DNA of 64,000 nucleotides from Bacilli bacterium (GTDB lineage Bacteria; Bacillota_I; Bacilli_A; ML615J-28; CAG-313): NCBI GenBank assembly GCA_017411715.1, contig JAFQPO010000005.1, positions 662 to 64,661 of the forward strand, read 5' to 3'. Shown piece by piece: positions 9,962 to 20,086 of this stretch (position 1 is its first letter; each line of letters starts with the position of its first letter). The notes under the pieces were generated by a model. It saw only the letters and a program-made list of their open reading frames with translations, ran no database searches and was not told where the DNA came from. The position numbers and the translations under genes were made by a program.

Positions 9962-10211
9962 TAATTTTTATATAACTTCGAAAATGTTAAGTAAAAACAA
10001 AAAGGCTTGATGAATCTAGAATGTATTAATAAGGTAATTATTGAATAATTACGAGTATTTAGAAGAGTTTAGTCGCTTTAGAATATAAAATATTTCAAAC
10101 TAAACTATTATTATTAATCTGTAATTCATTTTATTTTCACAAAAAACAACTTGAAATTTTATTAAAATCGTGTTATAATATTTTTACAAAACAAACTTGA
10201 GAGGATGTATT

Positions 10212-12059
10212 ATGAAGAAAATCACTTTATCATTAATGTTAATATTTTCTATTTTTTGTTTAATATCTTGTGGTGTTACAGCACCTGAAACTAATGAGCC
10301 ATGGGATGATTTAGGTGGCGGTGGATCAGGAGAACAAACAGAAGAATCTGATATCACAACTGGGGATGTGGATGAAAAAGAAGAAGTAGAAAATCCAGAT
10401 ATTGGAAATTTTGAAACAATTATTGAAGGATCTATTACAATTAATTTAGATGAATTGGTAAATGATTCAGAAAATTATACATATGAAGAAAATACTTTAA
10501 CAATAGAACAAGATGGAACATATACTTTAACAGGAAGTTTACAAGGGGCTTTAGTTGTTAAGGGTAATGCTGAAAAAATTGTTATTATATTACATAACGC
10601 ATCAATTGAAACATTAGATACGCAAAATGTTCCAGCCATTACTTTTGAAAAACATAGTGGGGAAAGAATTTTATCTGTTTATCAAGATACTATCAATAAA
10701 TTAAGTGATAGTATTGGTGATGATGAAAATGGTGATGGTGCTATTATCCAAGCTAAGAAAAGCTCTTTAACTATTAATGGTAGTGGTACTTTAGAACTAA
10801 CATCTAAAGGAGTAGAAACTACTGCTATAAAAGTAAAAAAAGATTTAGCAATTTATTCTTCAACTATTAATATTAATACATCTGATCATGGTATTAAATC
10901 AGGTGAACTACTATCTATACATAGTGCTAATCTAAATATTACCGCAAGCGGTGATGGAATGAAAACAGATGTAGAAGCTGAAAGTACTGAAGAAGGCGAT
11001 GAATATACATCTAATCCATATGCTGGTTATATTTATATTGAAAATTCTAACATTACAATTAATGCTGGTGATGATGGCATTTCTGCCAATTCTTTACTAA
11101 AAATTAATAATACTGAAAATCATCTGATTGATGTTACAACTAATAATGGAGCCCCACAAAGAATAACTGAAGCTTCTTCAGATAGTGCAGACGGGAAAGC
11201 TATTAAAGTTGATGGTATTACATTAGTAGTTGATGATGTAGAAACAGAATTACCATCTAAATGTGAAAATAATTACGCATTATATATTTTAGGCGGAAAG
11301 TTTATTATTAATAGTAACAGTGATGCGATTAGCTCAAAAGGTAATTTAATCATTGATAATGGAATATTTGATATATCAAGTGGTGATGATGGAATTCACG
11401 CCGAATACATCACTAAAATTAATAATGGTAATATCTTGATTAATAAATGTTATGAAGGTATTGAAGGAGCATCAGTTGAAATTTATAATGGTACAATCAA
11501 TTTAACATCAATTGATGATGGTATTAATGCGGCTAATGCTGATTTAGTCAACTATCCATATAACATCTACATTGGTGGCGGTAATATTACTGTTAATGCT
11601 AGTGGTGATGGCGTTGATAGTAATGGAACAATTGAATTTGCGGGGGGCACAACAATTATCTATGGCCCAACAAGTGGTGCTAACGGCTCACTTGATGCAG
11701 ATAGGGGAATATTAGTAAATGGTGGTATTTTAGTTGCGGTAGGACCAATGGGTATGATTGAAACACCTGCAAGCAACTCAAAACAATGCTGTGTATGTTA
11801 TGGTGCATCAGGGTCTGCTAATACTGAGATAATAATCAAAGATGATAAAGGAAATGTTTTATTTGAAACAACCTCTCCTAAATCTTATCAATCTGTTGTT
11901 GTAAGTCTACCTGAATTTACTATTGGCAATACTTACTCAATTACAACAAGCGCATCCACTCAAACATTTAATATTACATCAATTCTAACAAATGCTTTAG
12001 GCGGAGGCATGGGACCAGGGGGAAATATGGGACCTGGCGGACGTCCACCAAGAAAGTAA
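10212..12059 (+). CDS. Cthe_2159/DUF4353-family carbohydrate-binding beta-helix lipoprotein
   Basis: Lipobox LISC; ITI...GTY.LTGSL; repeated SGDDGIHA/DDGINA/GDGVDSNG; GSLDAD; Gly/Pro/Met tail; promoter TTGAAA 10151, TATAAT 10174. Confidence 0.85.
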   Translation: MKKITLSLMLIFSIFCLISCGVTAPETNEPWDDLGGGGSGEQTEESDITTGDVDEKEEVENPDIGNFETIIEGSITINLDELVNDSENYTYEENTLTIEQDGTYTLTGSLQGALVVKGNAEKIVIILHNASIETLDTQNVPAITFEKHSGERILSVYQDTINKLSDSIGDDENGDGAIIQAKKSSLTINGSGTLELTSKGVETTAIKVKKDLAIYSSTININTSDHGIKSGELLSIHSANLNITASGDGMKTDVEAESTEEGDEYTSNPYAGYIYIENSNITINAGDDGISANSLLKINNTENHLIDVTTNNGAPQRITEASSDSADGKAIKVDGITLVVDDVETELPSKCENNYALYILGGKFIINSNSDAISSKGNLIIDNGIFDISSGDDGIHAEYITKINNGNILINKCYEGIEGASVEIYNGTINLTSIDDGINAANADLVNYPYNIYIGGGNITVNASGDGVDSNGTIEFAGGTTIIYGPTSGANGSLDADRGILVNGGILVAVGPMGMIETPASNSKQCCVCYGASGSANTEIIIKDDKGNVLFETTSPKSYQSVVVSLPEFTIGNTYSITTSASTQTFNITSILTNALGGGMGPGGNMGPGGRPPRK

Positions 12060-12068
12060 ATATAAACT

Positions 12069-12098
12069 AAGTGTCCAAGTTTAATTGGACACTTTTTA
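12069..12098 (+). terminator. Rho-independent terminator
   Basis: AAGTGTCCAA/TTGGACACTT stem plus T run. Confidence 0.85.
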
Positions 12099-12122
12099 TT
12101 ATGCAAAAAAATATCTAATTGC

Positions 12123-12181
12123 TTGCAACATTTTTATTTATAATGTATAATATACTTGAGTTTAGAACTCAAGTATATTAT
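12123..12181 (+). promoter_or_regulatory. sigmaA promoter with overlapping palindromic operator (copy 2; TetR autoregulatory site)
   Basis: TTGCAA 12123-12128, 17 nt, TATAAT 12146-12151; perfect IR TAATATACTTGAG-TTTAGAA-CTCAAGTATATTA 12148-12180. Confidence 0.82.
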
Positions 12182-12200
12182 TAAAACAAAGGAGTTTATT

Positions 12201-12878
12201 ATGGCTAGACCACTTAATAGAGAAAGAGGAAAAACAAGAACTTTAGTACTACATTCTGCGACAAAATTATTCATTGAGAATGGATATACTAATACTAGAA
12301 TTAAAGACATCGCTGCTGATTCGGGAGTTGGCTATAATGAAATCTTCAGAATGTTTACTGACAAGGATACATTACTTAGTCATTTAGTCGATTTGGTAAT
12401 TGAACATCAATTTGAAGTAAGCAAAAATGTTTTAAGTAACATTACCAATGATGAACTATTTTTATATGTATTTGAGTCAGTTCTTCAATTATATATCACA
12501 GAACTAAATGAAAATATCAGGGAAATGTATGCGGTGAGTTATTCGCTACCTAGTACATCACATAAAATATATGATTATTTTTCATCTAAGATTGAAACAA
12601 TCTTTAAAAAATACTTACCAGAATATGAAACAAAAGATTTTTACGAACTAGAAATCGCAACAGCTGGTATTATGAGAGGATTTATTATTAACCCTTGTAA
12701 TATGTATTTTACAATTGATCGTAAAGTACAAAGATTCATTAGAACAACGCTTAAAATATATGAAGTGCCAAGAGAGAAGATTGAAGAAGTTATTGCTTTT
12801 ATTGAGTCTTTTGATATGAAGGCTTACGCAGAAGGAGTATTGGCAACTTTATATGAATATATTAGCGATAGAACATAG
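12201..12878 (+). CDS. TetR/AcrR-family transcriptional regulator
   Basis: HTH ATKLFIENGYTNTRIKDIAADSGVGYNEIFRMFTDKDTLL; ATG 12201 after AAGGAG. Confidence 0.9.
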   Translation: MARPLNRERGKTRTLVLHSATKLFIENGYTNTRIKDIAADSGVGYNEIFRMFTDKDTLLSHLVDLVIEHQFEVSKNVLSNITNDELFLYVFESVLQLYITELNENIREMYAVSYSLPSTSHKIYDYFSSKIETIFKKYLPEYETKDFYELEIATAGIMRGFIINPCNMYFTIDRKVQRFIRTTLKIYEVPREKIEEVIAFIESFDMKAYAEGVLATLYEYISDRT

Positions 12879-12886
12879 GGGGATAT

Positions 12887-15800
12887 ATGAAAAAAGTTTT
12901 TAGATTATTTTTAATAATTTCATTCATCTTTTTAGTAGGTGTTCCAGTTACTACTTTTGCTGCTGAACACACACATGAATATGAAAACGGGATTTGTGAA
13001 TGTAATGCCTATGAAGAAGCTACTTATAATCAACATATTAATGGTGGTTGGGAAGTAAGAAATGCGGGACAATTAATGTGGGTTGTTAACAGACTTAATA
13101 GTGGGGAATTACAAAAAAATGTCATTATTGCAGCTGACATAACATTACCAGATGGCTTAGAATGGATTCCACTTGGTAACACGACATATCCATTTGAAAA
13201 GAGTGTTTTTGGTTATACGGATGACACATATACAATTAACTTAAATACACAAACAGTTAAATCATCTAATTATGGGTTTATTGGTTATACAAAATCAACA
13301 TGTAAAATTAATGATATAATTGTGGAAGGTACTTTCAACATTGCTGCTGCGGTTGAAAATGTTGGTGGAGTAGTCGGTTGTGCAAGTGATTTAGTAACTA
13401 TTAATAATGTAACATCAAAAGTTAATATTAATGTATTAGAAAATGGTTATGGCACTTCTGCAATCGGAGGTATTATAGGTGCACACGAGGGTGATGCAGT
13501 AATTGAAAAAGCTGCTAACTTCGGTAATATAAATGCTGATGGCGCATATGAATGTGTTGGTGGAATTGTTGGTATTAGTGTAGGGGGTATAATATCTGAG
13601 TGCATTAACTATGGTGATATTTCATCAACAACTACAAAATATCTAGCTGGTATTATTGGTAAGGTTGATAGTGTTAGGGCAACAACTATTAGTGAAACAA
13701 CCAATATTGGATTAGTTTCTGGGAAGACTTTTAATATTGAAGTTGGGTCTAACATAGTAGAAATGACACCAGCTGATATAATAGCTTACTTTGATTGCAG
13801 TGATACATACAATGTTTCTAACAATTATTATTTAAATGAATATGCTTTTGGTCTTAATACTGATACTTCTTTAAGAGCAGACAAAATTACAAACGCTGAT
13901 ATTGAAAGTGGACGTCTTGCAAGTTTATTAAATTCATTTTTAGGCCAAACAATTGATGATGGTGCTAAAGAAGAAATGCCACTAATGGGTGGAAAGAAAG
14001 TTTATCAAGTATATGAATGTGATGGAACTACTATTAAATATAGTAACTATAACAAAAATACTGATCATCTTTATACTTACCGAGTTTCAAAAAATGTGAT
14101 TTATCAAGAATGTGAAGTTTGTGATCATCTTGCAACAGTAGAGTTGATAATTGCAAATGATCCTTATTATGATGGTACTGTACAAGAAGCAACGCTTGTA
14201 ACTGATATTGAAGGTCTTGATATATCAACAATTGAAATAAGTTATGATAATGAACCAATCTTTCCTGGGACTTACACAGCTAGCTTTACTTATCAAAACT
14301 TAACGGGAATACTTGAATATGAAGTTGAAAAAGGAATACCGCTTGCAGAAATGTTTGCTTTTACTGAACCATCTACGGAATTAATATATGATGGAATGCC
14401 AAAATATTTAGATTTAGTTTCAACTACCGAAGCGGGAATGGGAGAAATAGTTGTAACATATGGAACAGATAAACTATTAAATCCAGTTGATGGTGGATTA
14501 TATATTATTAATCTTTCAGTTTTAGAAGGACCATACTATCAAGCGTATACTTTTAATAATTTAGACTTTGTTCACTTTATTAGTATTAAACCTAAAGAAA
14601 TAACTGTTAAATGGACTAATACAACATTATATTATGAAGGGGAAAAATATTATACTCCTGAATATGAGTTTGAGGGGTTAGTTGACGATATTAAACCTAC
14701 CGCTACTTTTTCAAATCAAGGTACAGCTGTTGGGTCATACACAACAACAATTAGTATAAGTAGTCAAAATTATAAGTTAGTCGGCGATAATTTAACTACT
14801 GAATTTGTTGTTAAAAAAAGTTTAGTTGAAACACCTGATGTAGGATTTGCGGTAGAAGAAGCAGGTGTAACTCAAAAATCAAATATAACTGATACTGAGT
14901 TTTATAAAGTAATAGAAAATAATGGTGGTATTAATAATGGCAGATATGATGTAGTTTTGGAGTTAATAGATCCAGATAACTATACATGGAAAGATACTGA
15001 TGAACCAACAATTTCAATATATTTCTATATCTATCAGCGTGGCAATGAATGGATTGAATATCCAACAATGAATGATTGGGTATATGGTGAAGGAAGTACA
15101 AGACCACAATTTACAATATTAAATACATATACTGATGCATATATTAAATATCGTGCGGTAGGCGGAACATTCTCAAATACTATACCAACTGAAGTTGGTG
15201 AATATGAAGTATTAATTACTTTTGAGAAAAATGATTTAAGAGGCGCTCCATTAGAAGATGTAATTCTCCCATTCTCTATTTTAAAAGCAAACCCTAAATG
15301 CAATATTGATGCTATTATTACAAGAACATATGGTACTAAATTAAGTGATATTCAACTAATTGGTATTGGTGATGGTAAATGGAATTATTTAGATGATGTT
15401 GATGCAATCTTAAGTGCAGGAGAACATCAAATTGAAGTAGAATTTACGCCAAATGATCATAAATCATATAATAGTATTAAACAAACAATTACTGTAATAA
15501 TAGAAAAAGTTGCTCCTTTATATAAAGAACCAACTAAAATTGAAAACTTACAATATATTAATAATAATCAATCTTTAATTATTCCTGGTTCCGCAATCAA
15601 TGGAACAATGTATTATAAAGTAAACGAAGGCAATTGGACTACTAACATTCCACTTGCGGAAAAGGCAGGAACTTATATGGTGTATTATAAAGTTATAGGT
15701 GATGAAAATCACTATGATACAGAAGAACAATCATTAACTGTTGTAATTGAAAAAGCAGAACTTACAGTTACCGCAGATAATATAACAATTGAACAATATA

Positions 15801-16612
15801 CAGATATCCCAAAATTAACATTTAGTACTAGTGGATTACAAAAAGAAGATGTGATAATTATCGATCCAAAATTGTCTCTTCCTATTACAGATAGTCACAC
15901 TTCTGGTGAATACACAATTGAAATAACTGGTGCACAAGATGATAATTATAATATTACATATGTAGCTGGTAAATTAACTATCACAAAACATACTGAATGT
16001 CGTGGTGGTGTAGCTTTATGTAATGTTAAACCAATCTGTGAAATTTGTCTAAATGAATATGGTACACCATTAGAACATTCATTCACAAATTACACATACA
16101 ATGAAGACGCAACATGTACTTCATTTGGAACAGAGACTGCTGTATGTGATAATTGTGAAGAAAAAGATACAAGAGATTGTGTAAGTGGCGAGTATACAGA
16201 ACATTCATTCACAAATTACACATACAATGAAGACGCAACATGTACTTCATTTGGAACAGAGACTGCTGTATGTGATAATTGTGAAGAATTACAAACTAGA
16301 GAACGTACAGAAGGAAAATTATTAGAGCACTCATTTACAAAATATACTTCTAATAATGATGCAACATGCAGTAAAGATGGAAGTATTACATCTAAATGCG
16401 ACCATTGTGAAGAAACTGATACTATCGTTATTGAAAATAGTAAAGTTGGTCATTTAGATTTAGATGATAATAATCGTTGTGATTTCTGTGATGAAAAAAT
16501 TAACAAAAGTGCTGGTAAAATTGCAATTGGTATTTTAATTGGTAGTGTACCTGTAGTTTTATTAGCTGTAGCATTATATTTCTTTGTATTAAGAAAAAAG
16601 ATAATTAAATAG
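12887..16612 (+). CDS. Large surface protein/adhesin: signal peptide, GLUG-like repeats, MBG/Ig-like stalk, Cys-rich repeats, C-terminal TM anchor
   Basis: VGGVVG/IGGIIG/VGGIVG motifs; MBG-like KAELTVTADN...NYNITYVAGKLTI; C-terminal hydrophobic helix + RKKIIK; no LPxTG. Confidence 0.8.
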   Translation: MKKVFRLFLIISFIFLVGVPVTTFAAEHTHEYENGICECNAYEEATYNQHINGGWEVRNAGQLMWVVNRLNSGELQKNVIIAADITLPDGLEWIPLGNTTYPFEKSVFGYTDDTYTINLNTQTVKSSNYGFIGYTKSTCKINDIIVEGTFNIAAAVENVGGVVGCASDLVTINNVTSKVNINVLENGYGTSAIGGIIGAHEGDAVIEKAANFGNINADGAYECVGGIVGISVGGIISECINYGDISSTTTKYLAGIIGKVDSVRATTISETTNIGLVSGKTFNIEVGSNIVEMTPADIIAYFDCSDTYNVSNNYYLNEYAFGLNTDTSLRADKITNADIESGRLASLLNSFLGQTIDDGAKEEMPLMGGKKVYQVYECDGTTIKYSNYNKNTDHLYTYRVSKNVIYQECEVCDHLATVELIIANDPYYDGTVQEATLVTDIEGLDISTIEISYDNEPIFPGTYTASFTYQNLTGILEYEVEKGIPLAEMFAFTEPSTELIYDGMPKYLDLVSTTEAGMGEIVVTYGTDKLLNPVDGGLYIINLSVLEGPYYQAYTFNNLDFVHFISIKPKEITVKWTNTTLYYEGEKYYTPEYEFEGLVDDIKPTATFSNQGTAVGSYTTTISISSQNYKLVGDNLTTEFVVKKSLVETPDVGFAVEEAGVTQKSNITDTEFYKVIENNGGINNGRYDVVLELIDPDNYTWKDTDEPTISIYFYIYQRGNEWIEYPTMNDWVYGEGSTRPQFTILNTYTDAYIKYRAVGGTFSNTIPTEVGEYEVLITFEKNDLRGAPLEDVILPFSILKANPKCNIDAIITRTYGTKLSDIQLIGIGDGKWNYLDDVDAILSAGEHQIEVEFTPNDHKSYNSIKQTITVIIEKVAPLYKEPTKIENLQYINNNQSLIIPGSAINGTMYYKVNEGNWTTNIPLAEKAGTYMVYYKVIGDENHYDTEEQSLTVVIEKAELTVTADNITIEQYTDIPKLTFSTSGLQKEDVIIIDPKLSLPITDSHTSGEYTIEITGAQDDNYNITYVAGKLTITKHTECRGGVALCNVKPICEICLNEYGTPLEHSFTNYTYNEDATCTSFGTETAVCDNCEEKDTRDCVSGEYTEHSFTNYTYNEDATCTSFGTETAVCDNCEELQTRERTEGKLLEHSFTKYTSNNDATCSKDGSITSKCDHCEETDTIVIENSKVGHLDLDDNNRCDFCDEKINKSAGKIAIGILIGSVPVVLLAVALYFFVLRKKIIK
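16072..16400 (+). repeat. Intragenic tandem repeat, 126-bp (42-aa) period, three copies
   Basis: 16072-16162 identical to 16198-16288 (91 bp); diverged third copy starts 16324. Confidence 0.92.
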
Positions 16613-16638
16613 ATATTAAATAAAATCCATAATTCTCC

Positions 16639-16674
16639 AAAAAGATAAGCAGTTAATTGCTTATCTTTTATTTT
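16639..16674 (+). terminator. Rho-independent terminator
   Basis: AAAAGATAAGCA/TGCTTATCTTTT stem. Confidence 0.85.
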
Positions 16675-16773
16675 AATGTGCATTCTAATGTCTTAAAAAT
16701 GTATTTTAGTTTGATGGGTATTGTATTAATTTGACAAAATTGTTATAATATATGTAGTATAATGGAGGATTTT

Positions 16774-17565
16774 ATGAGAGAGTTATTTTTAAAAATATTT
16801 ACAGAAATACCTGCTGACGAAAATACTGGAATATCAATGTTTTCATGGAGCCATATTCTATATTTAGTAGCGATTTTAGGTGTTGTTGTTTTAGCAATCG
16901 TAGAAGTTTATTGTATTAAAAAAGAAGAATCAAGAAGAACTAAGATTTTAGATATCGTTGCGATATTAGTTGCGGTATCATACATATCTGATTTCTTTTT
17001 ACAACCATTCTGGCATGGTGGAACATTACTTGAAAATGGTGAGATTATTTTAGATAAGTTCCCATTCCATATTTGTATTGTTCTTTGCCCATTAATCTTA
17101 TTCTCAAGATTTTCTAAACATGGTCAAAAAATGAAATCTGCTGTTTCTGTTGTTGCGGTAGTGGCACCTTTAATGTGGTTAATTTATCCTGGTACTGCTC
17201 TTGATACAGACCAAGCTTTCTTCTCATATGAAGTATTCCAATTATTTGCTTATCATGGATTAGTATTCATTTATGGTACTTTATGTTTAGCATTTAATGA
17301 ATCTAAATTAAACATCAAGAAATGTTATGAAGAAGCTATATTACTTGTTGGTATTTCATTATGGGCAACCTTCGGTAATATTTTATATTCATGTGAAGAT
17401 CATGACTATAACTGGTTCTTCTTAAAAGATCCAGTATTTGGATTTATTCCAGAAAGCATTAACCCATATGTGGTAATTGTTGTATTCTATTTATCATGCT
17501 TAGTAATTTATGGTGTATATTATTTAGTAAAATACTTGGCAACTAAAAAATTAAGAAGAGCATAA
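16774..17565 (+). CDS. YwaF/TMEM164-like integral membrane protein
   Basis: FSWSHILY, KFPFHIC, AYHGL, DYNWFFL motifs; multiple TMs; ATG 16774 after GGAGG. Confidence 0.75.
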   Translation: MRELFLKIFTEIPADENTGISMFSWSHILYLVAILGVVVLAIVEVYCIKKEESRRTKILDIVAILVAVSYISDFFLQPFWHGGTLLENGEIILDKFPFHICIVLCPLILFSRFSKHGQKMKSAVSVVAVVAPLMWLIYPGTALDTDQAFFSYEVFQLFAYHGLVFIYGTLCLAFNESKLNIKKCYEEAILLVGISLWATFGNILYSCEDHDYNWFFLKDPVFGFIPESINPYVVIVVFYLSCLVIYGVYYLVKYLATKKLRRA

Positions 17566-17600
17566 TATTTAAAATAGAATAATTTTATAGAAAATAAAGT

Positions 17601-17633
17601 AAGAGCTAATTCTAAGAGGATTAGCTCTTTTTT
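17601..17633 (+). terminator. Rho-independent terminator
   Basis: AAGAGCTAAT/ATTAGCTCTT stem plus T run. Confidence 0.85.
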
Positions 17634-17732
17634 GTTTTATTCTATTATTTGTAAGTTAAATTAATTGATTTAAATGATGGAAAGGAGTATAATACTTTAT
17701 TGTATTTTGTATTTAGAAAAGAGGTAATTTAT

Positions 17733-19007
17733 ATGGAAAATGGGTCCATTTTAATAAGTTTATCAATCGCATTAATTGCCGGACTACTATTATCAAGACT
17801 CGCAAAATTAGTTAAACTACCAGCTGTAACTGCTTATTTAATAGCAGGTGTATTAATTGGACCTTATATGCTAGGATCTTTTAATATTAAAGGGCTAGGT
17901 ATTGTATATGAAGAATTAGAATTATTAAAGATTATTTCCGAGGTAGCACTAGGATTTATTGCTTTTTCGATGGGAAGTGAATTTAGACTTAGTCAATTAA
18001 AAGCCATTGGTAAAAAAGCAACAATTATTGGGGTATTTCAAGGTGTTATTACATGTGTAGTAGTAGATGTAGCTTTAATTATTGTTCATCTTATTAGACC
18101 AGATGTAATTTCACTGGAAGCAGCTATTATTTTAGGTGCTATTGCAACCGCAACTGCTCCTGCCGCAACTGTTATGGTTATTAAACAATATAAAGCAAAA
18201 GGAAAACTTACTGATGTTTTATTACCAGTTGTAGCGCTAGATGATGCGGTTGGATTAGTTGTTTTTGCTGTATCATTTGGGATTGCTAAATCAATGGGAA
18301 GTAATGATGTTGAAGTATTAAATATTATTTTAGAACCACTTATTGAAGTTATAATATCACTATTACTTGGTTTAATTATTGGCCATATTTTTAATGAAGT
18401 TGAAAAACATTTCCATTCAAGATCTAAACGAATGTCCGTTGTTGTGACATTTGTTATGTTAGCAGTTGGACTATCTTCAATGAAATTTGAAGTTTGGGAT
18501 ATTCATATTGGCTTCTCATCACTTTTAACTTGTATGATGCTTGGTACAGTTTTCTGTAATGAGTGTGATGTATCAGAAGAATTAATGAACCGAGCAGATA
18601 GATGGACTTCACCAATTCTTATTTTATTCTTTGTAATTAGCGGAGCAGAACTAGAATTATCAATTTTTACACAATTATCTGTTGTAATTGTGGGTATTGT
18701 CTACATTGCATCTCGTACATTTGGTAAATTATTTGGCGCTGGTATTACTTCTAAACTTGTTAAGTGTGATGATAATATTGTTAAATACTTAGGTATTACT
18801 TTATTGCCTCAAGCAGGTGTTGCTTTAGGAATGGCTTTAAAAGCAACTGAATTAGGAGCAGATGGCAAAATAGTAAGAAACATAACATTATTTGCAGTAT
18901 TAATTTATGAAATAATTGGACCATTCTTAACTAAGATTGCCTTAACTAAATCTGGTGATATTGTAGTTGAAGAAAGAACAAGTTCAAGAGGTGTACTTAA
19001 TCATTAA
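17733..19007 (+). CDS. Cation:proton antiporter (CPA family)
   Basis: LPAVTAYLIAGVLIGP; ATATAPAAT; VVALDDAVG; LLPQAGVALG; ~12 TMs. Confidence 0.88.
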   Translation: MENGSILISLSIALIAGLLLSRLAKLVKLPAVTAYLIAGVLIGPYMLGSFNIKGLGIVYEELELLKIISEVALGFIAFSMGSEFRLSQLKAIGKKATIIGVFQGVITCVVVDVALIIVHLIRPDVISLEAAIILGAIATATAPAATVMVIKQYKAKGKLTDVLLPVVALDDAVGLVVFAVSFGIAKSMGSNDVEVLNIILEPLIEVIISLLLGLIIGHIFNEVEKHFHSRSKRMSVVVTFVMLAVGLSSMKFEVWDIHIGFSSLLTCMMLGTVFCNECDVSEELMNRADRWTSPILILFFVISGAELELSIFTQLSVVIVGIVYIASRTFGKLFGAGITSKLVKCDDNIVKYLGITLLPQAGVALGMALKATELGADGKIVRNITLFAVLIYEIIGPFLTKIALTKSGDIVVEERTSSRGVLNH

Positions 19008-19011
19008 TAGT

Positions 19012-19043
19012 AAAGGTAACAATATGACATTGTTACCTTTTTA
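19012..19043 (+). terminator. Rho-independent terminator
   Basis: AAAGGTAACAAT/ATTGTTACCTTT stem plus T run. Confidence 0.85.
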
Positions 19044-19163
19044 TTATATAAAGATAAATTAAAAAATACTTACTACAAGTAGCAAAGTAACCCCTTTTGT
19101 TGAAATAAAAGTATAAATTTGGTATAATAAATATAAGATAGATAGATAGATAGAGGTATTTAT

Positions 19164-20084
19164 ATGAGTAGTTTTAAAGATTTAAGAATAGTTGATAATT
19201 TTTATCAAACATCATCATTTTTTCCAATGCCACTTACTTTAATTGGTACATTAGATGAAAAAGGGAACACTTCATTTGGAGCATACTCTTTAGTCTTTCC
19301 TTATTATATAGCAGGCAAAGATTACTATGCTATGGTTCTTGAATGTCGTAATTCATCTAATACTTGTAAAGGTTTATTAAGAAGTGGTAAATGTACAATT
19401 AATTTCTTACCATATTCGAAAAAGATTTTTAAAGAACATGTAAGACTAGGTTTCCCAGGCGATACACCTGAAGAAAAGATGAAAGATTTCATGTTTAATT
19501 TAGAAGATGGATTATCTTGTAAAGACCATGAAAATGAAACTTTCCCTAAAGTAATCAGTGAAGCATATCAAGTATTTGAATGCACATGGGTGAAAGAATT
19601 AGATAATGCTCAAGATGATAAAATTGAGGAAGAATATAATGGACCATATCATGATTTTAATGGTATTACTTCTAAATATGGTGCTCATTTTATTTTAAAA
19701 ATTGACCATATTTTAATGAAAGAAAAATATCATGATTCAATCATTAATGGTGTAACAAGAGGTAATTTTGCTCCGCTTCCTACAAACTGGGGATACCGTG
19801 ATTCTAAAAACTTCTGGTGTTCAGATTTTGAAAAACCACGTGCTGAAGGAATCCCTGATAAAGAAGTAGATTTAACATCTATTAGATATGCTGCTGACAG
19901 GGTTGATGATAAAGTTAAATTTACAGATGATGCTTTATTACAACTTGTTAAGGTTCCAAGACCATTTTTAAAACTTGTTTTAACTGGTTGTGTTAAATGG
20001 GCAAAAGAGAATAATTGTGAATTAATTACTGAAAAAGAAATTGCGATTATTAATGATAAACGATCTAAGGAAAAAGGTAAATAA
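19164..20084 (+). CDS. Flavin-reductase-like protein with C-terminal PCP_red-like domain
   Basis: FFPMPLTLIGT...S.GAYS...SSNT...L..GKCTINF; C-terminal FTDDAL..L.KVPRPF.......VKWAKE....IT. Confidence 0.65.
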   Translation: MSSFKDLRIVDNFYQTSSFFPMPLTLIGTLDEKGNTSFGAYSLVFPYYIAGKDYYAMVLECRNSSNTCKGLLRSGKCTINFLPYSKKIFKEHVRLGFPGDTPEEKMKDFMFNLEDGLSCKDHENETFPKVISEAYQVFECTWVKELDNAQDDKIEEEYNGPYHDFNGITSKYGAHFILKIDHILMKEKYHDSIINGVTRGNFAPLPTNWGYRDSKNFWCSDFEKPRAEGIPDKEVDLTSIRYAADRVDDKVKFTDDALLQLVKVPRPFLKLVLTGCVKWAKENNCELITEKEIAIINDKRSKEKGK

Positions 20085-20086
20085 AA

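Noticed and set aside
7207-10140. Sel1/TA region as a mobile element
   Set aside because: No integrase, transposase, att-like direct repeats or terminal inverted repeats found
12156-12200. TTG-initiated N-terminal extension of TetR
   Set aside because: Starts inside the operator at the transcription start; ATG 12201 has a proper AAGGAG
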